Shown in pieces: positions 25,601 to 36,278 of a stretch of DNA of 64,000 nt. The stretch is from Vitrella brassicaformis CCMP3155 (lineage: Eukaryota > Protista > Chromerida): positions 19,274 through 83,273 of the forward strand of contig CDMY01000414.1 in the NCBI GenBank assembly GCA_001179505.1, in the 5' to 3' direction. The stretch's first letter is position 1. Each line of letters starts with the position of its first letter. The translations under genes were made by a program, and so were the position numbers. The notes beneath the pieces were generated by a model. The model was not told the origin of the DNA and ran no database searches. It saw only the letters and a program-made list of their open reading frames with translations.

Positions 25601-27468
25601 ATGCTGGTGGTGTCACAGTGGTTGTGGCGCATCTGCTGCCGTGTGGCGTCATGGTGCTGGCGGCGACGCTCCTCCGAGTCCGATCAGCCAGAGCCGGCCA
25701 CCCCGCAGCACCCCCTCACCCATCTCTTTGTCGGCGACGACCAGTCCTGTCTGCTCGACCTCAGCACCATCCTGCAGCTGAGGGCCACCGCGCGATGCTT
25801 CTCAGAGGCCTTGTCGTCTGCACAGCTGCGAAGCCGACTCCACACCTCGATTGCCCGCAGCGGCATCGACACCCAGCTGGTGCAGTTTGACGAGTCGCTG
25901 TGTGGGGGTACTGTGCTGGCGGCCCTGTGGATAGCTGAGGAGGGAGGGCGGTGGGACGATGGCACTGCCGACGTGCTGCGGCTGGCCGACCACTGCGGAG
26001 CCTGCACGCTGCCCGTTGTGCTGACTGCCGAAGACATCAACACACACGCCAACAAGACGGTCCGTAAGGCGCACTTCTGGCGTTTCCCACCCTTCTCTCT
26101 ATGTCTGTGTGTGTGTGTGTGTGTCTGTTTAGGCGTATGTGTCGGTTCCCCGTGTGATTGCTAAGCTCAAGATGGTCGGCCGCCACATCAACCTCGGCGA
26201 CGGCGTGACGTTCCAGCTGTTTCAACATGGCGACAGGCTGCGGGCCATCAAGGACGAGCCAGGCTTCGAGCTGACGCTTGACCCACCCGGCCTGCCTGCC
26301 GGCCACCTGTATCAACGCCACCGACAGGACCACGACCCACCAGCCAGCAGCCGCATTCGCTATTGTGAAGAATGGGAAGCGGAGGATGACGATTCTGAGG
26401 TCACCTATGCGTCGGTGTCGCACTTTGCCAAAGGGAAAATCCTTAACTACTTCAATGTGAGCCGTTCGGATGAGGAGCGGGAGATTGGTAATGACCTATT
26501 GAACTCAGAAGATGTCGACAGGGCGATGTCTGATGCTGACAGGTATGATGTACGGAACACGTCAGTCACTCCGGAGGGCACACATACTCGCGATGTGCGT
26601 GTCGTTGGTTGGCTCAGGCGTGGCGAAGGCGGTGGCCGTCTGACTGCCCTGATGACCGGGTCGCCTCACACACCAGCTATAGGGTGCTCGACGACCATCT
26701 GCAGCGATGGAATGCCAGGTCACCCTCTTGGGCCTGGAATGCTGGTGCAGCTGGTGCTCACGGACAGCAGCCACCCCTTCGTCGCGGAAATAATGCTCTG
26801 CAACTGCGTCAACGGCAGTCGGGACGAACAAAGTCAGCCGCGATGAGATATGATATAGCCGAAGAGATGGACAGGCAAATATGCTTTCTCTCTTTTATTT
26901 GCTTCTCTACAGTGTTTGGAATAGATATATCCACAACTGAGCCACGTGTGGATGTCAGCGGCCGCCCCTTCCCCTGCACGTCTCAGCAGCACTGTGTGTG
27001 CCCATGGGGGCCACGGTGTGTGTTCAAGTACGAATCCCCCGCGACCGCCGCGCTGGCGCGGGAGGCGCTGGGCGATGCGGTGGCGCCCATTGTCTTCGAC
27101 TGGATAGACGACAGCGACGATGACACCGACGATGACAGCGACGATGACGATGGTGACGATGGTGACGATGGTACGCTCTGACCGACCAGACGGGAGGGAA
27201 CACGTGTGTCAGTGTATGAGGTGTCTTGTCTGTGTGTCTCTGTCTGTGTGATGTAGACGGCAGCAGTGACAATGGCGATGGCGATATAGACGACGGCAGC
27301 CAAGGGGGCAGCGAAGGTACGCATCGCAAGGGAATACAAGGGGACAACAACACAGATGCCCATCCATCGCCCTCATCAAAACATGTCGACCTGCATTGCG
27401 TGTGTCTGTGTGTCATGACGACAGGTGATGATGCCGCAGCAGATGACTCGCCAACCGATGCCACATGA
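25601..27468 (+). CDS. Hypothetical protein of a Vitrella-type expanded family, with an acidic tail
   Basis: HPLTHLFVGDDQSCLLDLSTILQLRATAR..., AYVSVPRVIAKLKMVGRHI...RAIKDEPGFEL...DPPASSRI..., NG|MFGIDISTTEP. Asp-rich terminal exons end at TGA 27468. Family recognition is from memory, not from a search. Confidence 0.65.
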
Positions 27469-28358
27469 GACCGCGGGGTGAGGCTGGCTGACCACAGTAT
27501 ATGCTTGTGTTGGATGGGGGAGGGTCAATCTGTCTGGTGTGTGTCATGTGGTCATCCGTCGAGTAGTAGACTTGTGTGTGCGTTTGCGTGCCTCCGGGTG
27601 GTGTGTGCGCCTCGGTGTGCTGTTTGTATGAAGCGAGTGCAGCAGATGCGTCTGGTCGTTCCTCAGTACTCTTCCGTGTCATTTGTGGAATGTGTGTGCA
27701 GCCGGAGAGACATAATTATAGTACCCATGCGGGTGAATCGGTGCGTGTAAGGCCGGATTATACATACGTGTGAGTGTCATCGGTCGTGTGTGAGAATGTG
27801 TGTTCGCATTTGACACGATTACGTGAGCTGACTTACGAAGAATCTCTCTCAGCCGACCAATGCTCTCTTTCATCATCTCAAATTACTAGCTTAGATGGTG
27901 AGTCCGTGTGTCACGTGCATTCGCCTTCCCCCCTGATCCCCTCCCCATCGCCAACACCACATCCATCCATCCATTCCACGGATTGAAAAGAAGAAAAGAG
28001 AAAGTGTGAGAGAGTCGATCACGGAGCCCCACTGACCAGTCAGTCACCTCTCTTTGGCGGACTAGTCGGGCCTCTCGGATGCAACACCGCCACACACACT
28101 GCAACACACCACACCACACCACACACAGTCACGGAATTGGCTCATCTGTCTGTCTCCTTGAGGGTCTTAAAAAAGGGTGCGTGTCTGCCGACGCGCACGT
28201 GTACTCACACGTCACGTTGACTAACTCACATATCAGCCACACACAGGTACTTGCACAGGCAGGCCATGTCGACTCTTTTCAAAGCACGCATTACCAACAG
28301 CCCCTCTCCACCACTGATTGACGCCACCCAGACCACAGTAACAACACTATCTGCCAAT

Positions 28359-28442
28359 CACGAGAACAAACCAGCACACACGCAGGGGTGCCGACAGGCA
28401 CACGAGAACAAACCAGCACACACGCAGGGGTGCCGACAGGCA
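28359..28442 (+). repeat. Perfect 42-bp tandem duplication (2 copies)
   Basis: cacgagaacaaaccagcacacacgcaggggtgccgacaggca x2. Confidence 0.95.
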
Positions 28443-28666
28443 GCCGGCCGGCCAGCCAGCCTGTCGGGAAAAGTGACCGTGACAAAGACATACGCTACTA
28501 GCGACCATGTAGGTGTCTATACCATGTACACACAACAACCCGCTACCGATCGACGACAGAGTCGGCACACACATGAGGATAACATGGCACATGCACATGA
28601 AGCATCCATCCACCACCACACAGCCAGTCACAGACAGAACAGTGACACAGATCCCTGCCCATCTAT

Positions 28667-28904
28667 CTACTCCCGCCGCAGGTGGTATGGGTGACCATGG
28701 CCACCGCAGTGGCCACTGCTGCAGGGATGGTTAACGCAGCAGACAGGCTTGTTATCGATCCACTGGAGGTCGCCCCTGGCGCACACGTGCTGGACGGGAG
28801 CGTGGTCGCACCTGATGCACGTCTCCTCGTCTGCCCCGACCCCCAACACCGGCGGCAGCTCGCCGCCTCGCTTGAACTCGAGGCCATCCGGACACGAATG
28901 ACTG

Positions 28905-28937
<33 letters not shown>

Positions 28938-29627
28938 GGGACAGTGGATGGGTCAGGGAGCGCTGTGCCGTGTTGCTCCGTGTTGCTTACAGTCTCTCTG
29001 CGAAGTGCTTGGCGACGCACTTGTCACCGCTCGGGTCGTAGCCAAAGGGGCACCTGAAGTCAGCCGGGTACGTCTTGGTGATGACGCACAGATGCCTGTG
29101 CGCATCAAGGACGCCGCGGGGGCAGTAGGGGTCGCGGGGGGCATACTGGATCCTCCCGGTGTAGGGGCACTTGGTGTAGCACTTGGTGCCGTCGGCTGTC
29201 AGGTGGTAGCCGAAGCGGCACCTGTAGTCGGGAGGGCAGGTTTCCTCTGTGGTGCAGGTGGTGCCCGACAGAGTCGCGTGAGGGTCCCTGCAGTAGGGAA
29301 TGCGGTCGGCGTACTGATACAGAACACACTGATTGCCCTCAACCACATAGCCCTAAGAGAGACAGACAGCGAACACACCAATGAGTCATGACGTCCTATG
29401 TGTGTGTCTGGTGGGTGGGTCAACGTGCCTACCTGCTCAGCGCAGTAGTAGTGGGGCTCGTGACGGAATGGCTTGAGGCACTTGCCGCCACCGGCGTCAT
29501 ACATGAAGCCGTGCGGGCACTCAGGATGAGGCTCCTCCTTGATCGGGCAATGCTGAGCCGCTGCGAGGGGCACACAGGCCGCCAGGAGCGCCAGGACACA
29601 CGCCACCGCACCACACTTCATCATCAT
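28667..29627 (-). CDS. Secreted Cys-rich oocyst/cyst-wall-like protein (COWP/OWP-type CPxG repeats), 3 exons
   Basis: Signal MMMKCGAVACVLALLAACVPLAAA. Regularly spaced Cys units CPHGF..C, CRFGY..C, CPRG..C, CPFGY..C and a His/Gly/Cys tail. Confidence 0.8.
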
Positions 29628-30063
29628 CGCTATTGTCGCAGGTCAGGAGGATGGCTGACAGGAGAGAGAGGGTGCAGCAAGAGATCTGAGATGAGCTGGG
29701 GCGCGACGTCTCTTTGTGTAGGAGAGGGAGATCCACCTCCCTCTCCTCCAACCCCAAACTCGAATTCGGTGGGTTCCTAAACCCGAGAAGAATTCACAAA
29801 CCCAGAACCCTGGCGCGTTGTCAAGGGTTTGTAAACCTGAGGTTGGCGGCAAAAGAGGGTTTCTGGGGTGACTGGGCCGCGGTGATGCTCCGCCTTCACT
29901 TGAAACCATAGGCGTGCATTGATTCTCACAGAAAAGTCAACAATGTCGAATCTGACCATTGTCAGGTACAACTTGGAGAGAAGACACGCCGCAAACATCG
30001 CAAAAAACAGCAAGAATGAAACAAAAAAAGGTACAAGAATAAAACAAAAATGAAACCCTGTCG

Positions 30064-30203
30064 CTGCACCGCTGGCTCTTTAGCTGAAGGGCTGGCCCTG
30101 TGGCCGTAGGGCTGGCTTTGCAGCTGCAAGGCTGGCCTTCTGACTGCAGGACTGGCCTTGTGACTGGAGGGCTGGACATCCACCTGCAGGGCTGGCCCTA
30201 CAG
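30064..30203 (+). repeat. Imperfect 20-bp minisatellite, 7 units
   Basis: ctgcaccgctggctctttag / ctgaagggctggccctgtgg / ccgtagggctggctttgcag / ctgcaaggctggccttctga / ctgcaggactggccttgtga / ctggagggctggacatccac / ctgcagggctggccctacag. Confidence 0.85.
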
Positions 30204-30346
30204 GCCCTACAGGCGGACATGCCAGCCTTCCGGCCACAGGGTAGCTTTGGCGAACAGGTCGCGCCTATTGCACCGGCCTAGTGTTTCATCATCCACAAGG
30301 CCCCATACATCAGGGCCTTGCAGTACATGCCGCCGCCATTTGAGTC

Positions 30347-31119
30347 TTACATGCCGTCGCCGAAGCCAGTGGGAGAGTCTCCAGAGTCTCCACGGCTGTA
30401 GTCCACGAGGAGGACGCTGAAGAGACTGAAGAACTCAAGACAGCCAACGCCAGAACTGCTGCACACGCTCCCAGGACCTCGAAAACAAGACTCTGAGAGA
30501 GAAGCAGACAACGGCCATGAAATGAACAGATGCATTCTTCACTCCTGCCTGCTCGACCCGTGACGGCCCACCTTAGCACTTGGGTGGAGAGGATATCGGT
30601 CTCCGTCGCCTCAATGCCCCACTGTCTGAGCTCGAATCGCAGACCACCCACCGTGGCGTCCTCGGGCTTTTCGACAGGGAAACCTTAAGCGAAGACCTGC
30701 TTCGTATACTCGCGCCACAGCTTGGCGCAGCCAAGAATTACGACCGCTTGTTCTGCTGGGTTGTCCCGAGCGAGTCTCTCCGCCCACGTCTTGCCTGCAG
30801 GGGCAACGACAGAGAGCTATTCTCACGCAGACGGACTGTTGTGCATCGAATGCGTACCCTCATCATCCTGGGCGCCTTCGTTGACTATCTTGTAGGGGAG
30901 ACTCTTCTTGATCAGTGCGGCGTTCCGTTTCCCCTGCCAATCGGTTCCCCACTGGCGGCTTGATTTCAGCCAAGCGGTCTTCAGGTCGACCACCTCAGCG
31001 CTGGGACCGGTGCCCAATCTCACACGGAGGACGGGGGGCAGGTCTGAGCCTTCCTCTACTTCAGCTTCGAGTTCAGCTTCACTGGGAGCCGGGGGAGCTG
31101 CACACTCACCATCTCCCAT
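30347..31119 (-). pseudogene. Spliced hypothetical gene interrupted by an in-frame TAA; 3' end uncertain
   Basis: Exon MGDGE...QDDE, then a 63-nt GT-AG intron (30795-30857), then GKTWAERLARDNPAEQAVVILGCAKLWREYTKQVFA*GFPVEKPEDATVGGLRFELRQWGIEA in one frame. TAA at 30685-30687. Confidence 0.5.
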
Positions 31120-31241
31120 CGTTCTCGAGCGGTCCCCGGCCAGAAACAAGTCACGAGGGAGGGCCTCAACGCGCCAGGGTTCCGGGTTTGTAAACCCTTC
31201 TGGGGTCATCTCTGACCTGCGGAGCCCTGAACCCTTCCCTT

Positions 31242-32241
31242 ATGGACGATATCTTCACTTCTCTTCGCTCTGGTGGGCTGATGCATCGAGAGAACATCAT
31301 GGAGCGCATCCGACAAGAGCAGATGGACAAAAGGGAGCGGCAGAGAAGGTTCGAGGAGCTATGCAAAGATGAATCATGCCTCGTCTATGAGCTGCTGTCG
31401 ATAGAGTACGTAACGCAATTGGCCGCTTATCTGCGGCAGCGAGTCACCTTTCTGAGGGACATCCGGCAGCAGCAGGAGGAGCAGCAGGAGGAGCAGCAGC
31501 AGCAGCAGCGTCCCCCTGCCCGAGAACAAGTTGACATCCTCGAGTATGGAAGACCAACGCAAAGCGATTCGATTCGCGTATGTATCCTCTTGATTGATCC
31601 TCTTGCATGCTTGTGTGTGTAGGTTGGGGTGCGGCAGAGGGCTTCTGGCGTTCTGCCTGCAGCGAGAGCTCAGCAACGACGAAGCGCCGAGCCGCCCGAT
31701 CAGCTATGTGGCCACTGACAGCCACCCGCCCTTCAGTGACCCATGTCTGGGCATGGTGCCGATTGTCTGTGTGGATGCTGAGGCCGCGCTGCGTCGTTAC
31801 TCGCCTCTGCTGGTGCTGATATCCTGGATGCCCTTTGCCGTCGACTGGACATCGGCCGTCCGGTTGTCTGATGCACTCGAGTACGTGTTGATTGGCCACG
31901 GCGAAGGCGGGCTGATGGGCAGGCACTACGAAACATGGGGATGCGTACGCGCCGACCCGCACACAGGGGATCTGGACCCGCTGATCAGACGACGACTGGA
32001 TGACAACAGAGTGGGTGATGGCGAGGGAGATGATGACACGTGCTGTTATCCCGAGGGCCCACTACCGGACGGCTTGCGGCCGTATGTCTGTGATGGGTTC
32101 GAGCGTGTGCGTCTGGTGGATCTGCGTGAGCTGCAACTGTGTCGCTTCGATGACCTGGAGAGCATGCTGGTGGCGGGGGGGCTGTCGACCTCACAGACTA
32201 ACTCCTTCAGACGGTGGACAAGGGAGGGAGGGAATCATTAA
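31242..32241 (+). CDS. Class I SAM-dependent methyltransferase-like protein, 2 exons
   Basis: The splice gives motif I ILE|LGCGRGLL, followed by YVATD, LVLISWMP..DWT, EYVLIG and the C-terminal CRFD..SQTNSFRR. Confidence 0.7.
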
Positions 32242-32808
32242 TTAGGCAGCTAGCGAGGAGTGAGCGAGAGTGGTTCCTTTCGATAAGGCTGTGCAGTACG
32301 GCTGTGCGGATGCGTGTGTACTGTGCGGTGCGTGCCAAGCGATGATATATGTGTGGAGTCAGTCAGTCAACCTTGGAGAGTCTATCTGGTTAAGGAAGGC
32401 ATGCTCGTCTCCAGGCATTTGACACCATTAAGTATTGCGTGACCGACACAAAGATTCTCCTCCTCGTGTGGATGAGAGAGATCTCCTCTACTTTTTGGAA
32501 TGTCTCCCGTCCATGTGGGCGTGTGGTCCAGATAGATGGATGGATGGCTGGATTGACGGACGACTGACGAATGACGAATGACATACATCGTGTCCGTCCG
32601 CATCACAGAGACAAATAGTACAGCCGCTGACCTAACGAGCCGACAGACTCCCTCCCTCCCTCCCTCCCTCCCCGACTCGACCAAGGCTCAACAACAGTCA
32701 GGCACTCTGTCTGTCTGTCTGCCAATCTCCCACCGGTCATAAACAAAGCGCCGCGCCCTCTGGTCGGTCTATCTTTACACACGCATGTCAGTGAGTGACA
32801 GATGAAGG

Positions 32809-34675
32809 CTACCAGCCGCTGAAGTCGAGTTGTGTCCTGATGGCCTTCTTTTTGACGGGCACGGCGGCGTACTCCTCCTCTATGTCGCCCTTCTCGGCTA
32901 TCGTCGTCGGCAGCTGACCACGACCTGCTGGTGCGGAGGACGGGGCGGCCTTGCTAGGTGCTGCACCCGGCCTGAACGAACGAACGATAAAGACCAACAA
33001 CACACACCACACACACCGCATAGCATACAGACAGACAGATAGGGCGGGCGTGACCTTTGTTCGCGTGTCGTGTCGCCCGCCTTAGGTACTGACTTTGCTT
33101 TCGCCGCTGCCTTGGGTGCTGCAGCTGCACTGCCGGCCACATACTTGCCGATCTCGTCCGACTCCCTGACAAACACACACACACACACACAGACAGATGA
33201 ATGCATGTGATGTGTGCTTGATGGTGCGGTGCATTCATGTGATGTGTGGCTACTTACCGCTTCGGGTGGCTGGCCATGGCGTCGAGTGCAGCCCTGTTAG
33301 AAAACCACGCCGCATTGGGATCCTCCTGCAGACAGACAGACAGACAGACAGAGAGGAGACACACTCACACCGTCATCTCATCGCGGTCGTTTGTGTTGGC
33401 CGCCTGTCTGCTGTGTGAGTGCGTTTGTGATTGGTTGTGACCTCTGCGGGGTTAAGTTTGTCCTCCTCTTCCTTCTGGAGCTGCTCCTTGGCCTCGGTGA
33501 AGGGGTTGCTGAACACGTGGGTCTCAACTATCCTGGGCGGCACCTGTACCGCACCAACACACAGACACATCAATCAGTACTGTGCCCATGGCATGCGTGT
33601 GTGCCTTGCTTGGTGGTCTCGTCTCACGAGTGGTTTGTCATTCTTGTCGGTGTCTAGGGCCTCCATAGCCCGCAGCACGTCCACACCGCCCACAACTGAC
33701 GGATACAAACAGAGGCAAGGACACACACACAGACGTGACTGGACACATGGACACAAACAGGAGTGCAGTGCAGTGCAGTGCAGGTGTGTGTGTGTGTGTG
33801 TGTGGACTCGACTCACCCCTTCCGAATACGGTGTGTTTGTAGTTGAGGTGCTCGCAGGACTTGAACGTGATGAAGAACTGAGATTTGTTGGTGTTCTTGC
33901 CCGAATTGGCCATGCTCACCACACCCTGGCCCTGATACACACACACACACACACACACATGGTCGCACACAGCAGCACTAGTCACCCTTCCCGTCTGGCT
34001 GCCTGCCGGCATTCGTCCACACACACCTGGTGCAGCAGCTTGGACACCATTTCGTCTCTGAATGGCTTGCCGTCCTCGAAGGCGCTTTCGCCACCCTCAC
34101 CAGTGCCCGTCGGATCGCCCCCCTGAATCATGAAACTCGGGATGCACCTGCACACCAAACCACACATACACTTGCCAGGCGCCAGTGAAGTGAAGTGGTG
34201 CAAAGATTGCCTCACTCACTGACCGACTGACCTGTGGAAGATGGTGTCTTTGTAGTATCCCGACTCGCAGTGTCGTAGGAAGTTGTCGCAGGCCATGGGC
34301 GTCAGGTCGGCATGCAGCTCGATGTTCAGACCACCGAGAGTCGTCTCGATACGCACGTACCTGCACTCAGGGAGACACACACACAGAGAGAGATGGAGAG
34401 AGAGAGAGAGAGAGAGAGCCCGTCATGGTCGGTGTAAGTGTGTTGATGTGTTGATGTGTTATGTGACTGACCCCTTCTTTTTGTTCTTCTTGACTCTGGC
34501 GTAGTAGGTCTGCCGCACCTCCTCGCCCGTCATGTCGCGGTACTCAAACCGGGTGTCGATATTCACAGCCGTCGACGTGAAACTCGCAGCCTGCCTGCAA
34601 CCATTCCATTCGACAATAAGGCGATGATCAGTTGCATGGGCTTTCCATCCATCCGTCTGTCCGGCCATCGGCCTA

Positions 34676-34711
<36 letters not shown>

Positions 34712-35940
34712 TGTGCGGATAAGTACTTGCTGGTGGTGAGGAATGAGTGTTTCTTCTTGGCCTCTGGGGGGGCTGACGCGTCAGCGGGAGCCGGCCTCTT
34801 CACGCCTGATCGATATACCGACAGACAACACAACCCATCACATCAGACAAGAGACGACCACACCTGTCCTGCCTGCTTGTCTCTCTCGTCTGGTCTTACC
34901 ACCACCACCAGCGGCAGCGGCAGCGGCAGCGGCGGGCTCCTCATCCCCCTCCTCGTCGACAAGTGCCTTGAGTTTGTCCTTTTCCTTTTGCTTCTGCTCC
35001 TCCATTTTCCTCTTCTCCTCGTAGACCCGCTCCATCATGTCAGGCCGCTTGATGTAGGCCGTGCTGCTGCCCTCCTCGGCCGGCACGCCCGACGCAGACC
35101 CTGAACCGGGAACAGCCAGTCCTGCAGATCAGATGGATGACCGACACAACCGACCGACCGACCGACCGACACGGCACACACACACATGCATCGATGGCCC
35201 TTTCCCCCTCTGTGTGCGTCTGACCGACCTCTTTTGATGTGGTCGAATTCTTCGATTTTCCTGAAGAGGACATCCTGCGGGTCCTGGATGGTGATGACGT
35301 CGGCCGAGCTGAATGGCTCTCCCGTGATGAGGTCCTTCCAGTTCTTGGCCTTGCGATTGAGCTCCTCGACGGCCTCCTTGGCGTACACGTGTCCGCTCTT
35401 GGCGTTGGCCACGATGGTGCTGCGGTCGGTGAAGACCTTGAACGTCACCGGGCAGTGGTACTCGCCCGCCGCATTCTTGTGGAACTTCAAAGGGATCAAA
35501 TCACCTACGGGAACGAACAGACAGACAGACACGACACAATCACAGCACAGCACATCAGGTCAATCGGATGTCTTCCGGTGTGGGTGTATGTGTGTGACTC
35601 ACCCGCTGAGAGCGGTTTTGCGTTGACGGGGTTGCGCTTGTATTTCTTGATGTAGGCAAGAATGCGGGATGCGTCGAAAACGATGCCCTCTTTGGTGCAC
35701 ACGGGGTCGTCGAAGGGCGAGAGGGAAAGGCCGCAGCAGTAGAAGGGCAGGGCCTTGAAAGGCAGAGCGAGGTTCTGCTTCTTGTAGCCTCCCCAGTCGC
35801 GGCCATACTCACTCGGGATGATGTACAGCTATATGAGGTGGGACACACGCAGCACGCAACGCAACAGGTCAGATCTCGTATGCCGATATCTGCATTCTTT
35901 TGGACCTCACCTTGTCTTTGCTGTGCTGCTTCTTGCCCAT
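32809..35940 (-). CDS. PPIL2: Peptidyl-prolyl isomerase-like 2 (U-box/RING plus cyclophilin; Cyp60)
   Basis: [10 protein letters not shown]|[96 protein letters not shown], end FSGW*. Confidence 0.97.
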
Positions 35941-36278
35941 AGCTGCAAAGGAGGAAGGGTCAACGCAATGGGAAAGCTTGCATTCGAAATCAGGCTTAGG
36001 GTACTGCGTGAAACCGCTGCGGAAGAACGAGATTTCGCAGAAAGACCTTGGAGCTGTTTGTGGCCCTTGCGCAACGAGGTGAGTGACGGGGATGCCAGAG
36101 GGGCCATCAGACACGGCATACGTCACCCTTGGCTGTGTGATCTGATGACAGCACCAGCAAGACAAGCTCTCGAGTGGTCGCGGGATCTCTCCCTGGTGTC
36201 ATCGAGCTTCATTCCATCGGCTCAACGCCATGCTTCAAGAGAGGACCCACGACAGGCGGCGGAGAGATCTCTGATGTG

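Larger units (their letters stand above)
23760..26304 (+). repeat. Direct duplication of about 1.12 kb (23760-24881 and 25182-26304) flanking an N gap
   Basis: Offset of 1422 bp. No differences seen over the first 670 bp or so, then about 21 substitutions plus one indel over the last 450 bp or so (counted by eye). Confidence 0.95.
29781..31206. repeat. 40-bp inverted repeat pair (29781-29820 and 31167-31206)
   Basis: Reverse complement of the left arm caacgcgccagggttctgggtttgtgaattcttctcgggt versus right arm caacgcgccagggttccgggtttgtaaacccttctggggt: 35/40 identical. Confidence 0.8.

Noticed and set aside
27480-28660. Several short ORFs and one exon-like stretch near 27820-27900
   Set aside because: No start, domain or consistent splice chain could be built.
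30064-30203. Possible CRISPR array
   Set aside because: The units are contiguous and degenerate, with no repeat-spacer alternation and no cas genes, in a eukaryotic context.
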